Assembly: GCA_963763345.1 (NCBI GenBank)
Contig: CAVXOV010000014.1
Span: forward strand, 5,317-69,316
Direction: 5' to 3'
DNA length: 64,000 nt
Origin: an uncultured Candidatus Saccharibacteria bacterium
GTDB lineage: Bacteria > Bacteroidota > Bacteroidia > B-17B0 > Aurantibacillaceae
Below, in pieces: positions 1 through 10,331 of this stretch; position 1 is the stretch's first letter, and every line of letters begins with the position of its first letter. A model generated the notes under the pieces. It was given only the letters and a program-made list of their open reading frames with translations, ran no database searches and had not been told where the DNA came from. The translations under genes were made by a program, and so were the position numbers.

Positions 1-512
1 TAATTAACCAAAGCATCAATTAACCCACTTCCTAAAAAAACGGCTATGGGTAGTATAAACTTTATTTTATCTTTTGTTGTCGGAACAGAAGTCTCTATCG
101 TTTGACTAACGGGTGCCGAAGAAACTAAAAATACCGATAGCAAAGCCATGATAATTCCCCCTATTTTTAAAAGATGTGGAGAGTCTTTATAAATGATAAA
201 CGCTAAAACAACCGGAATAACCACACTCATTTTGTTAGCTACCGTGGCTACCGAAACACCATTCTTTTCTATGGTTAGAGAAATAAGATTAAAAACACAA
301 ACAAATAAAACACCCAATAGTAAAGAAGATAACCATAAGTGAGAAACCTCGAAAAAAACAGTCTTTGGGCTCGTAAAAAGAACCGAGATAATTGTTGCCG
401 AAAAATAGTTGACTACAATAGCGGGAAAAGAGGCTACCTTATACTTTTGAAAAGCCTTTAAAATAAGCAGTAACAGAATATTGCAGGAGATGCCAATTAC
501 TAAATAAAACAT
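1..512 (-). CDS. EamA/DMT family transporter (runs off window start)
   Basis: Manual translation from ATG at 512: MFYLVIGISCNILLLLILKAFQKYKVASFPAIVVNYF..., multiple TM segments typical of Bacteroidota EamA proteins; not in ORF track because it lacks a stop in the window. Confidence 0.75.
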   Translation of the reverse strand, partial: MFYLVIGISCNILLLLILKAFQKYKVASFPAIVVNYFSATIISVLFTSPKTVFFEVSHLWLSSLLLGVLFVCVFNLISLTIEKNGVSVATVANKMSVVIPVVLAFIIYKDSPHLLKIGGIIMALLSVFLVSSAPVSQTIETSVPTTKDKIKFILPIAVFLGSGLIDALVN

Positions 513-644
513 GGCGGCGAAATTACCATTTTTCAACTATCAGGTTATTATTTTACATGAATGTGTTGCAGGTTAAAATTTTACTTCTACTTACAAGCCC
601 TTAAAGTATAATTCTTAATTTTACATCTTCTAATAAACAATACT

Positions 645-2006
645 ATGAGTACACAAACTTTATCTAAAACAAGCAAGGAAGAGATATTAAAGAATAACCT
701 TGAGCATACCATTTTCTCGTGGAGCAAGCAAAGCGGGTTGAATCCTATTAATGCTTCACATGCCAAAGGTGTTTATGTGTATGACAGAAGCGGTAAACGC
801 TACCTTGATTTTACTTCTCAGTTAATGAATGTAAACATAGGTCATGGCGACCAGCGTGTTACCGATGCTGTGGTAAAACAAATGCAGGAAGTAAGTTACG
901 TTAACCCCGGCATGGCAACAGAAGCCCGTGGTTTATTAGGAAAGAAATTGGCAGAGATTACTCCCGGCACACTTAACCGCACCTTCTTTACCAATGGCGG
1001 TACCGAGGCTATAGAACATGCTATTAAAACGGCGCGTTTAGTTACAGGTCGTCATAAAATAATTACCCTGTATCAAAGTTATCATGGTGCAACCTATGGC
1101 GCACTATGTGCAGGTGGTGATCCGCGTGGTATTCCGCATGATAGTCAGGGAGTACCCAATATCATACATGTAGAGAACCCTTATTTTTATCGTTGCCCTT
1201 GGCACAGCAAAACAGAAGAAGAGTGCTGTGATAATGCTGTTGCCCACATGGAACGCATTATTAAATACGAAGGCGTTAACAGTGTTGCCGCTATTTTAAT
1301 GGAAGGTGAAAGCGGTTCATCAGGCTGCATTAAATACCCTAAAGGTTATTGGAATAAAGTAAAAGCCATTGCCGATAAATATGGTATCCTTACTATTTGT
1401 GATGAAGTAATGAGTGGCTTTGGACGCACAGGCAAATGGTTTGGTATAGACCATCACGGTGTAGAGCCCGATATGCTTTGCATGGCAAAGGGCATTACCT
1501 CGGGTTATATTCCTTTGGGCGGTATAATTATGAGCGAGAAAATTGCTACTCATTTTAACGATAAACCTTTGCCTATCGGCTTAACCTATTCTGCACATGC
1601 GGTTGCTTGCGCTGCTGCCAACGAAGTAATTAAAATTTACGAAGAAGATAACTTGATTGAGAATGCTGCCAACATGGGGCATTATGTAGATAAGCAGGTT
1701 GAGAAACTAAAAGATAAACACCCAAGCATTGGCGATTTCCGCAATACAGGTTTGTTGGGTTGCATAGAACTGGTAAAAAACAGAAAGACCAAAGAGCCTA
1801 TGGCGCCATGGAATGCCGCCCCTAACGAAATGGAAGTAATGAACAAAGTAGCTGCCAAAATAAGCGAACTGGGCATGTACACCTTTGTGCGTTGGAACTG
1901 GATATTTATCGCTCCTCCTCTCATCATTACCAAAGACCAAATAGACGAAGGCTTGGATATCATCTCAAAAGCTATCTCTATTGCTGATGAGTATGTAATT
2001 AAGTAA
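645..2006 (+). CDS. Class-III PLP aminotransferase (omega-amino acid/beta-alanine:pyruvate-like)
   Basis: GKRYLDF, SYHGAT, DEVMSGFGRTG and AKGITSGY motifs. Confidence 0.9.
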   Translation: MSTQTLSKTSKEEILKNNLEHTIFSWSKQSGLNPINASHAKGVYVYDRSGKRYLDFTSQLMNVNIGHGDQRVTDAVVKQMQEVSYVNPGMATEARGLLGKKLAEITPGTLNRTFFTNGGTEAIEHAIKTARLVTGRHKIITLYQSYHGATYGALCAGGDPRGIPHDSQGVPNIIHVENPYFYRCPWHSKTEEECCDNAVAHMERIIKYEGVNSVAAILMEGESGSSGCIKYPKGYWNKVKAIADKYGILTICDEVMSGFGRTGKWFGIDHHGVEPDMLCMAKGITSGYIPLGGIIMSEKIATHFNDKPLPIGLTYSAHAVACAAANEVIKIYEEDNLIENAANMGHYVDKQVEKLKDKHPSIGDFRNTGLLGCIELVKNRKTKEPMAPWNAAPNEMEVMNKVAAKISELGMYTFVRWNWIFIAPPLIITKDQIDEGLDIISKAISIADEYVIK

Positions 2007-2072
2007 TGTAATCCTGACTTTTTGCAGCATCTTATGTTGCTATAACAGATTCTGAAACGAGTTCGGAATGAC
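2007..2072. repeat. Degenerate REP-like extragenic palindrome pair
   Basis: tgtaatcctgac...cagcatct followed by agattctgaaacgagttcggaatgac; the AGAT...AATGAC end resembles the REP modules at 55746 and 58660. Confidence 0.5.
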
Positions 2073-2145
2073 TTACTAATATTTTGTGATGTTTTGGCAG
2101 ATTACTTCCATTGGGCTTTACATTTTAATCTTTTGTTACAATCTC

Positions 2146-2250
2146 TAAGCTGACGGATGGAATATGTAAGCTTACACACGGAATTTGTAAGCTGACGCTT
2201 GGTTTTTTATGGCAAACGGATGTTTTGGTATCTTAGATTATGTTTTATGG
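2146..2250. repeat. Degenerate 21-bp-period tandem repeat (~4-5 units)
   Basis: taagctgacggatggaatatg / taagcttacacacggaatttg / taagctgacgcttggtttttt / atggcaaacggatgttttggt at exact 21-nt spacing. Confidence 0.6.
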
Positions 2251-2265
2251 AAAGATGCTAAATCG

Positions 2266-2727
2266 TTACTTATATCTATTGCACATTTCATCATTATATA
2301 GCTTGAAGCTCATCTTTCTATGCGTTTGCATAGGTTTAACAAACAGTAGTGATATTCCGTAAAAAACAACGGGTACAACAAAGCTAACCGGTGATGATAA
2401 TTCTTTTGAAACATGATGATTATTATACAATCCACCTGCTGTAATTAATGAAGCTAGAGTCAAATTGGATAATACAAACCATATATTTCTATTCTTTTTA
2501 TATTGCTTAAATTCTATAGCAGAAGGCTCAAAAGAATTCAATTTTAAAACGACATATTTACTACTAACAACTTTATCATTTATGGTATAAATGGTATGAT
2601 AAGTTCAATGGTGATAATTTTTTATCATAGCTATTGTTGAATCACATGGTTTAACTTTAGCTGTGTCTTGCGCTTTTAGGTCAACTATTCCTAAAATAAT
2701 AGTGATAAAAATAAATAGTTTATTCAT
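2266..2727 (-). CDS. Hypothetical exported/membrane protein, frameshifted
   Basis: ATG at 2727 gives signal peptide MNKLFIFITIILGIVDLKAQ...; frame breaks, C-terminal part is ORF 2266..2541 with two TM segments. Confidence 0.55.
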
Positions 2728-2822
2728 AAGTAATTTTCAATCAGCTAAATTATATAATTCCAATAATTTAATTAGTCGAAAAAAGTCAAATTTAAACCTC
2801 TGAATAAGTTTTTAAACCATAA

Positions 2823-2950
2823 GCGTTAGGGATTAGCTCAGCGTATTTATTGTTTTTATTTGTATCGCTGAATTCTGAGAAGGCATTTGTAGTGGAAGGC
2901 CATTGCGACCTCAGTTCCAGCCCCTCTACTGAGGGGAGAGGGGGAAAGAT
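2823..2950. repeat. Composite of REP-like remnants
   Basis: gcgttagggatt start shared with elements at 55864(-) and 58588(+); cccctctactgaggggagagggg GC hairpin. Confidence 0.45.
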
Positions 2951-3016
2951 AGCTGTTGTAACCAACGGAACGTGAAGGAAAATTGGTTTATATTTGTAAA
3001 AGCAAAGCCCTTAGCG

Positions 3017-3436
3017 ATGAAATACCTTCTTGTTTTGATGTTGCTGCCCTTTGTGTTGGGGGCACAAAGCCTTAGCGAAAGCAAAGCTAAGGAAGCAGCG
3101 GATAGCACTGAGAAGAGTGAAGCAACAGGCGGAGATGCTAAAGCAAGTGCGCGCGAGCGATTGGAAGCCATCAGGCAACGGGTGCTGAACGGAGAGAGTA
3201 TGAGTGTGCTGGCGACGCTATATAGCGAAGATGCGGGATCGGTGAAGACAGGTGGTTTGTATATGAACGTGGCACGCGGGCAATTTGTGCCTGAATTTGA
3301 AGCAGCCGCCTTTAACCTGACACCGGGCGGGCTTTCGGAGGTGTTTGAAACGCAATATGGCTTTCACTTTGTGCAACTGGTTGCCCGCAGAGGCGATGTA
3401 ATTGATGTGAGGCATATTTTAATTAAAACCAAATAG
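3017..3436 (+). CDS. Parvulin-type peptidyl-prolyl isomerase (exported)
   Basis: YSED..GG...GQFVPEFEAAAF..SEVFETQYGFHFVQL rotamase motif; signal peptide from ATG 3017. Confidence 0.9.
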   Translation: MKYLLVLMLLPFVLGAQSLSESKAKEAADSTEKSEATGGDAKASARERLEAIRQRVLNGESMSVLATLYSEDAGSVKTGGLYMNVARGQFVPEFEAAAFNLTPGGLSEVFETQYGFHFVQLVARRGDVIDVRHILIKTK

Positions 3437-3514
3437 GAGATTGCTTTTTGATTATAGGTGTTAATATTATCTGACACCTGAAAAATAGTTAGTTTTGCAG
3501 CCTAATTATTGTCT

Positions 3515-4714
3515 ATGCCAAAAATATCCGATAAAGCGCAGCAAATGCCTGCATCGCCCATACGCAAACTGGTGCCTTTTGCCGATGCAGCTAAAAAGCG
3601 GGGAGTAAAAATATATCACTTAAACATCGGGCAGCCCGATATTGAAACCCCTGCCGTGATGCTGAACGCCATTAAGAACGCCGATATTAAAGTATTGGAA
3701 TATAGTAACAGCGCAGGTATTGAAAGCTACCGCAAGAAGCTGGCAAGCTATTACCAATCGTACAAAATTAATGTAGAAGCTGCCGATATACTGATTACCA
3801 CAGGCGGATCGGAGGCATTGTTGTTTGCCTTTAATACCTGTTTTAATGCAGGCGATGAAGTCATCATTCCCGAGCCTTTTTATGCCAACTACAATGGTTT
3901 TGCGGTTAGCTCGAACGTGGTGGTGAAGCCCGTTATGTCGAGTATTGAGAGCGGTTTTGCTTTGCCCCCCATCAGCGATTTTGAAAAGCTGATAACACCT
4001 AAAACCAAAGGCATATTGATTTGCAATCCGGGCAACCCTACCGGTTATTTATACTCGCGTGCCGAGCTGGAAGCTTTGAAAGAACTGGTTATTAAACACG
4101 ATTTGTTTTTACTGGCAGACGAAGTTTACCGTGAGTTTTGTTACGATGGAAAAGAATACACATCGGTAATGCACCTGAGCGGATTAGATAACAATGTGAT
4201 ACTGTTGGATTCTATTTCTAAACGTTATAGCGCCTGCGGGGCAAGGATAGGAGCCTTTATTACGAAGAACAAGGAAGTGATTGGAGCCGCGTTAAAGTTT
4301 GCACAGGCACGATTGAGTCCGCCAACCTTTGAACAGATAGGGGCAGAGGCTGCGCTGGATACTCCTGCATCGTATTTTACCGAAGTAAAAAAAGAGTATA
4401 CCGGAAGAAGAGACTTTTTGGTAAATGAGCTTAATAAGATAGAAGGCGTTTATTGCCCCATGCCGGGCGGGGCTTTTTATTGCATTGCCAAGCTACCGGT
4501 AGAAGATGCCGATGTGTTTTGCGAATGGCTGCTTAAAGAATTTAGCTTTGAAGGAGGTACCGTGATGATGGCGCCTGCATCGGGCTTTTATGCAACAGCC
4601 GGCAAAGGCAAGAATGAAGTGCGTTTGGCTTATGTATTAAAGAAAGAAGAGTTGGCAAAAGCCGTAGTATGTTTGCGCGAGGCGTTGAAAGTATATCCGC
4701 ATACTAAATACTAA
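3515..4714 (+). CDS. Class I/II PLP-dependent aminotransferase (aspartate aminotransferase-like)
   Basis: NIGQPD, CNPGNPTG, DEVY, SISKRYSACGARIG. Confidence 0.92.
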   Translation: MPKISDKAQQMPASPIRKLVPFADAAKKRGVKIYHLNIGQPDIETPAVMLNAIKNADIKVLEYSNSAGIESYRKKLASYYQSYKINVEAADILITTGGSEALLFAFNTCFNAGDEVIIPEPFYANYNGFAVSSNVVVKPVMSSIESGFALPPISDFEKLITPKTKGILICNPGNPTGYLYSRAELEALKELVIKHDLFLLADEVYREFCYDGKEYTSVMHLSGLDNNVILLDSISKRYSACGARIGAFITKNKEVIGAALKFAQARLSPPTFEQIGAEAALDTPASYFTEVKKEYTGRRDFLVNELNKIEGVYCPMPGGAFYCIAKLPVEDADVFCEWLLKEFSFEGGTVMMAPASGFYATAGKGKNEVRLAYVLKKEELAKAVVCLREALKVYPHTKY

Positions 4715-4721
4715 CAGAGAT

Positions 4722-5939
4722 ATGTTTAGCCTACAGGAAGTTTTTCCTGAAACCGATAAACCATTGCGAAAGGCTATGGTGGCTTTGTTGGTGTTGGTAG
4801 CTTTTTCATTACCCTTTAAATTTCTGGTAAACCTTTTTATTGTACTGGCGTTTGTGGTGTGGTTGTTTAGCAACCCTTTTAAGAGGCTGTTTACAAAGAC
4901 TAAGAACATAGGTATATTTCTGGCTATTTTTATTTTCTATTTACTTCATTTAATAGGACTATTATACACCAACAATATACATGAAGGTTTATTTAGTCTG
5001 GAAATGAAAGTAAGTATGCTCATCTTTCCGTTGTTGTTTTATACGGAAGTGTTTTCTGCCAAGCAATACCGGTTTTTCTTGAAGAGTTTTGTGGTTGGAA
5101 CGCTGTTATGCTGTTTGCTTTGTTTAAGCAGGGCTATACTCCTTTACTTCTCTGCTCATGAAAATAACTTTTACTACGAAGGGTTATCCTGGTTTCAGCA
5201 CCCCTCTTACTTAGCGATGTATATTAGCTTTTGCTGTGCGGTTCTTTTACTAACTAATGTATTTAGTAAAACAATCACTTATGTAAGTATTGTATTCTTT
5301 ACTTTGTTTGTATTCTTGCTTTCATCTAAAACGGGTATCATCATTCATTTTATAACCCTTGTGTTTTCTTTTGTTTCCATCTTCCTTAAAGGGAAGAACT
5401 ATTTTAAGGTTATAGGAGCATCTTTACTTGGGTTATTGGTTTGTGTAGGTATTCTGTTTCTTATTCCGCAGGTAAAACAACGCTTTCAGAACGCTTATAG
5501 TGTGTTTCAGGCAAAGCGCATAGATAAGACATCGGCCGAAAGCACAACCGTGCGTATGCTGATTTGGAATGAAGCGATGCAGATTAGTAAAGAACACCCT
5601 TTGTTAGGGATTAGTCCAGGAGATACTAATGATGCTTTGTATGAAGGTTACCAAAGAGATAGGTTAACGGGAGCATACAGTAAGAAGTTGAATGCGCATA
5701 GTCAGTATTTTCAAACAACCATTGGGCTTGGCTTGGTTGGTTTAGTGAGCCTCTTGTCTTTATTTGCATTGCCTTTATTTACCAACAGAAATAAGATGGT
5801 GGTATTCTTTATAGGGATAACAGCCTTAAATTTTTTAACCGAAAGTATGTTTCAAACTATGGCTGGATGTATTTTTTTCGGCTATTTTTACAGCTTAATT
5901 TGTTTTCAACATGATTCCCTTCTCACCACCTCGGATTGA
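4722..5939 (+). CDS. O-antigen ligase family protein
   Basis: Multi-TM; LSSKTG, R..IW, HPLLG, NAHSQY Wzy_C-like motifs. Confidence 0.85.
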   Translation: MFSLQEVFPETDKPLRKAMVALLVLVAFSLPFKFLVNLFIVLAFVVWLFSNPFKRLFTKTKNIGIFLAIFIFYLLHLIGLLYTNNIHEGLFSLEMKVSMLIFPLLFYTEVFSAKQYRFFLKSFVVGTLLCCLLCLSRAILLYFSAHENNFYYEGLSWFQHPSYLAMYISFCCAVLLLTNVFSKTITYVSIVFFTLFVFLLSSKTGIIIHFITLVFSFVSIFLKGKNYFKVIGASLLGLLVCVGILFLIPQVKQRFQNAYSVFQAKRIDKTSAESTTVRMLIWNEAMQISKEHPLLGISPGDTNDALYEGYQRDRLTGAYSKKLNAHSQYFQTTIGLGLVGLVSLLSLFALPLFTNRNKMVVFFIGITALNFLTESMFQTMAGCIFFGYFYSLICFQHDSLLTTSD

Positions 5940-7137
5940 TAAGAAAATAATAGACGAAGTAACCGCTGCTTTGCAAAGCGGATGGATTACAACCGGTCCT
6001 CGTACTAAGTTATTTGAAAAGAAACTGACTGAGTATTGCGGTAACAAAGCAACTTTGTGTTTAAACTCGGCTACGGCTGGGTTGGAAATTATGCTACGTT
6101 GGTTTGGAGTAGGGGAGGGCGATGAAGTTATTTTACCTGCCTATACGTATAGTGCAACTGCTAATGTAATTATTCACTGTGGTGCTACGCCTGTGTTTGT
6201 AGATACGAATGCAAACGATTTTAATATTTCCATCAAAGAAATTGAGAAGCATATTACGGCAAAAACCAAAGTAGTAATGCCTGTTGACTTTGCCGGACTC
6301 CCTTGTGATTATGATGAACTGAATGCCCTTGTGGTTAGTAAAAAGAGTTTGTTTGTTGCAGCATCTGATAACCAAAAGAAGCTGGGAAGGATATTAGTTC
6401 TTTCTGATTCTGCTCATTCTATCGGCGCTATTTATAAAGGAAGAAAGACAGGTTCGTTGACGGATGTATCGGTATTCTCGTATCATGCGGTAAAGAATCT
6501 ATCTACAGCTGAAGGTGGTTCTGTGGCACTTAATCTCCCTGCTCCTTTTGATAATGAAGAAGAATATAAAAAACTTTGCGTAAGTACCCTACACGGACAA
6601 AACAAGGATGCACTTGCCAAAACACAAAAAGGTAATTGGAAGTATGACATTGTAGAAGCCGGTTATAAATGTAACATGACTGATATTATGGCTGCCATGG
6701 GACTTGTAGAACTTGAACGTTATGATAACGAAACTTTTGTGAAACGTAAAGAGATTTGTGATTATTATACAAGCGTATTATCAAAACATGATGTGTTTGA
6801 ATTACCTCTTCAGAAGACTAATGATAAGGAATCTTGTTATCATTTATATCCTTTGCGTATAAAGAATATTACTGAAGAACAGCGAGATGAAATTATAAAA
6901 CACATTTTTAATTGTGATGTATCCGTTAACGTACATTTTATACCTGTGCCGTGTATGAGCTTTTATAAAGGCTTGGGTTATGATATTAAAAATTACCCGA
7001 CTGCATATGATAATTATAGCCGGGAGATTACGCTGCCTGTATATTATAACTTGACTACCGAACAACTTCAAACGATTACCAATGCGGTGCTTCAATCAGT
7101 TGGGAAGGTAGTTAGTCAAAAAAACACCCTTGCTTAG
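5911..7137 (+). CDS. DegT/DnrJ/EryC1/StrS sugar aminotransferase
   Basis: SGWITTGP, DSAHSIG, SYHAVKNLSTAEGG, GYKCNMTD. Confidence 0.93.
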   Translation: MIPFSPPRIDKKIIDEVTAALQSGWITTGPRTKLFEKKLTEYCGNKATLCLNSATAGLEIMLRWFGVGEGDEVILPAYTYSATANVIIHCGATPVFVDTNANDFNISIKEIEKHITAKTKVVMPVDFAGLPCDYDELNALVVSKKSLFVAASDNQKKLGRILVLSDSAHSIGAIYKGRKTGSLTDVSVFSYHAVKNLSTAEGGSVALNLPAPFDNEEEYKKLCVSTLHGQNKDALAKTQKGNWKYDIVEAGYKCNMTDIMAAMGLVELERYDNETFVKRKEICDYYTSVLSKHDVFELPLQKTNDKESCYHLYPLRIKNITEEQRDEIIKHIFNCDVSVNVHFIPVPCMSFYKGLGYDIKNYPTAYDNYSREITLPVYYNLTTEQLQTITNAVLQSVGKVVSQKNTLA

Positions 7138-7154
7138 CCGAGCAAGGCGAATGC

Positions 7155-7775
7155 ATGAGTACAAACAATATAATAATTAAAAACACGAATAAAAGAGCGT
7201 TTGATATTATTTGTTCCTTCATCGGAATTATCATTCTGTCCCCCTTTTTTATTCTTATTTCTATTCTTATTATTATAGATAGTAGGGGAGGGGTGTTCTA
7301 TAAACAAGTTCGTGTAGGGAAGAACAATAAAGACTTCTTTCTAATAAAGTTTCGCACCATGCATACAGGTGCCGATAAAAAAGGCTTGCTTACAGTTGGC
7401 AGCAGGGATAGTCGCGTTACACGCATTGGTTATTACCTGCGTAAATATAAGTTAGATGAATTGCCGCAACTCTTTAATGTTTTGTTTGGCAGTATGAGTC
7501 TGGTTGGTCCACGCCCGGAGGTACGGAAGTATGTAGATTTATACACCGCTCAACAAAAGCAGGTGCTAACTGTAAAACCAGGTATTACCGATTTTGCTTC
7601 TATTGAGTATGTGAATGAGAATGAGATTCTTGCTAAAGCTATTAACCCTGAGCAAACCTATATTCATGAAATAATGCCTCATAAACTTGCTCTGAATCTA
7701 AAGTATATAGAACAACAAGGCTTTATTACTGACTTGAGTATTATATTCAAGACTCTGGCAAAAATCTTCTCTTAG
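7155..7775 (+). CDS. Phosphoglycosyl (priming sugar) transferase, Bac_transf family
   Basis: [36 protein letters not shown]. Confidence 0.93.
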   Translation: MSTNNIIIKNTNKRAFDIICSFIGIIILSPFFILISILIIIDSRGGVFYKQVRVGKNNKDFFLIKFRTMHTGADKKGLLTVGSRDSRVTRIGYYLRKYKLDELPQLFNVLFGSMSLVGPRPEVRKYVDLYTAQQKQVLTVKPGITDFASIEYVNENEILAKAINPEQTYIHEIMPHKLALNLKYIEQQGFITDLSIIFKTLAKIFS

Positions 7776-7786
7776 AAAACATATTA

Positions 7787-9250
7787 ATGAAGCGTTTACT
7801 TCAATTCAATAAAGGTTATATTCTACTTTATTCAATGCTTTTGGTGTTGGTTATTACTCCTTTATTTCAACAAGGTGTGTTTGGAGATGGCATCTTATAT
7901 TTAACGGTAGCCTTTAACCGCTATAGAGGCTATGGTTCTTTTTGGCATCAGCATTTTAGTGATACTTCTATGTCGTTTTTTTGCGAGCAACCACCTCTTT
8001 ACTTTGAAACATTGGCTTGGTTCTATAAACTATTTGGCGGAGCAGAGGTAGCTGAAAAAATATTCACCATTGTTTTACTATTACTTACCATTTTACTCAT
8101 AAACTTAATTTGGAAAAGGTTGAATGGAAAGGGTAGTAGGTATACTAGTTTATCATGGCTGCCAAGTTTATTTGCATTTTCCGTCTCAGTATTTGCCTGG
8201 ACGTATTGCAATCAGGTAATAGAAACGATGGTTATTCCTTTGGCATTACTGGTGTTTTATACTCACCTTGTTTTTATAGAAGAACAGACTCTTTATAAAA
8301 AAACTCTTTTGTTCATCTTCATTATTGGGTTACTATTTGCTCTTCTATTAACAAAGGGAATACAATCTACTTTTGTACTTGCTATTCTTTTTTTCGCAGC
8401 TTTAAGCTGGAAAAAGAAAAACGTAAAAAGTTTACTGATTCAGAATGTATTGCTGGCATTAGGATTTGGCCTGCTTAGCTTTTTATTTTTCTTTTATAAT
8501 CCTGCAGCTAATTTTTGGCTAAGGAGTTATTTTGATAAACGCATTATTGCTACTTTTAATCATATAGGTGCTACGACTGATAATCACTTTGAAATTATAT
8601 TCAGGTACCTGACCGAACAAATACCTTTATTAGTTGTTTTACTTTTGGTAATGATTTACTTTAAAGTAAAATCAAACTATCCTGTTTCTATTTTTCTTAA
8701 AAATGGCATCCGTAGTAGTAAAGTATGGTGGCTTGTATTAATAAGCCTCTCGGGAGTTATCCCACTTGCATTAACCTTAGAACAAAGAGGTTTTTATTTA
8801 ACGCCAACTATTCCGTTTATTGCTATAGCTTTTGCTTTTGCTTATAAAAGATACTTCTTTGTGTTTTTTTCCCGGTTAAATCGTAACAGGGTAGTAATAA
8901 CTGTTGTTACTTATACCATACTGACAGGCTCTTTGTTGTTTTTTGTTCTTTTAAAAAACAAGTATAAGTATGATGAAGGAATGCTTAAGGATATATCGTT
9001 GCTAAAGACAATGGTTCCTTCCGGAGAAACTATAGGCTTTGACAAGAGTATGTGGGATATGTATAGCCTGCGTTCTTATGTAAAGAAAACCAATAACAAC
9101 GATTTTCTGAATTCAGATACTACCCGGGTTTATGTTCTAAATAAAGATAACAAGGCAATGCCCCCCGAAGGTTATAAAAAAATTAATTGTACAACATACT
9201 GGTTTGATATCTATTACAAAAAGCCTAAAGAGTTAACACTGCCACCCTAA
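7787..9250 (+). CDS. GT-C fold (ArnT/PMT-like) glycosyltransferase
   Basis: DG..Y N-terminal motif, EQPPLYF, LLTKG, ~12 TM. Confidence 0.75.
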   Translation: MKRLLQFNKGYILLYSMLLVLVITPLFQQGVFGDGILYLTVAFNRYRGYGSFWHQHFSDTSMSFFCEQPPLYFETLAWFYKLFGGAEVAEKIFTIVLLLLTILLINLIWKRLNGKGSRYTSLSWLPSLFAFSVSVFAWTYCNQVIETMVIPLALLVFYTHLVFIEEQTLYKKTLLFIFIIGLLFALLLTKGIQSTFVLAILFFAALSWKKKNVKSLLIQNVLLALGFGLLSFLFFFYNPAANFWLRSYFDKRIIATFNHIGATTDNHFEIIFRYLTEQIPLLVVLLLVMIYFKVKSNYPVSIFLKNGIRSSKVWWLVLISLSGVIPLALTLEQRGFYLTPTIPFIAIAFAFAYKRYFFVFFSRLNRNRVVITVVTYTILTGSLLFFVLLKNKYKYDEGMLKDISLLKTMVPSGETIGFDKSMWDMYSLRSYVKKTNNNDFLNSDTTRVYVLNKDNKAMPPEGYKKINCTTYWFDIYYKKPKELTLPP

Positions 9251-9281
9251 TTATTATTGGTAGATTTACCCGCATCCGTTT

Positions 9282-9905
9282 ATGGAAAACCCCAAAGAAG
9301 ATTCTCATTTTTCTGCCAATGCGCTTAAAGATTTTGAATTAGTAGAGCGTGCTTTGAAGCATAACGACCAAAAGGCCTATACAGAGCTGATGAAGCGTTA
9401 TAAGCATTTGGTTTACTACATGCTGCTGGGGTTGATGAATAACAATAAGGATGATGCCGACGACCTTACCATGGAAACTTTTGAAAAGGCATTTAAATAT
9501 TTAAATCAGTTCTCTACATCATCGGCATTTAGTACCTGGTTATTTAAAATAGCAGCTAATAATGCTATAGATTTTATACGGCATAATAAAACGCATGAGG
9601 CTACTTTATCTTTGGATAAACCCTTTGAGAATACAGGCCAAGAAGACCTTTCGTTTTTTGTAAAAGCTGCCGAGTTGAACCCCGAAGAAAGCGTTATCAG
9701 AAAACAAAATATTTACAACATACGCAGTATAATGGAAGAATTAAAGCCAAATTACAGAGAGATTGTGGAGTTGTTTTTTATAGAAGAACTATCCAGCGAA
9801 GAAATTGCGACACACTTGGGTTTACCTTTAAGTACCGTAAAAACAAGGCTTAGCCGAGCCCGGGATTTTATTATTGCGGTTGTTAGGCATAACGACAAAC
9901 TTTAG
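9282..9905 (+). CDS. ECF sigma-70 factor (SigW/RpoE-like)
   Basis: DADDLTMETFEKAF, FSTWLFKIAAN, EIA..LGLPLSTVKTRLSRAR. Confidence 0.93.
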   Translation: MENPKEDSHFSANALKDFELVERALKHNDQKAYTELMKRYKHLVYYMLLGLMNNNKDDADDLTMETFEKAFKYLNQFSTSSAFSTWLFKIAANNAIDFIRHNKTHEATLSLDKPFENTGQEDLSFFVKAAELNPEESVIRKQNIYNIRSIMEELKPNYREIVELFFIEELSSEEIATHLGLPLSTVKTRLSRARDFIIAVVRHNDKL

Positions 9906-10045
9906 AATTTATCCCTTTCCTTCATTCACTAAAACCCGCAAAGAGAAATAGCTGTAGTCCCAATAATATAAGCTTTTCCCTGTAATAGCAAAGGAAAAGA
10001 TACCAACGGCTGTTAATAAATGATAGGCTGTTTTTTCATCTTTTT

Positions 10046-10071
10046 TGAAACTTTTTTAAAGTTTCTCCGTT
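10046..10071 (+). promoter_or_regulatory. Putative ECF (SigW/SigM-type) promoter TGAAAC-N16-CGTT
   Basis: tgaaac-ttttttaaagtttctc-cgtt, with a T-tract after -35; lies between the ECF gene and ORF 10332. Confidence 0.55.
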
Positions 10072-10331
10072 AAAGCTTTTAATTGATACTTATTAAAAGA
10101 AAGGAATTAACGCATGATAAAACGTCTCACGTACGGGGATACAAAAATACAGTCTTAGGTGTAAAATAAACAACCATAGAGCATATCCAAGCAGCGTACA
10201 AAACCCAAAAACCTGATACTAAGATTCCTTTTACGGGTAAAAGCATTCTTACAAGTAGTTTCTTATTGGTTCTTCTCACTATACCGGAATGAATCTCAAC
10301 ACGGAGTATTAACCAGAAAATCCTAAATAAC

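Noticed and set aside
2820-4714. Locally higher GC (also in the 5' half of metG) as horizontal transfer
   Set aside because: Ordinary Bacteroidota genes in normal context with no mobility genes; the shift is judged by eye only.
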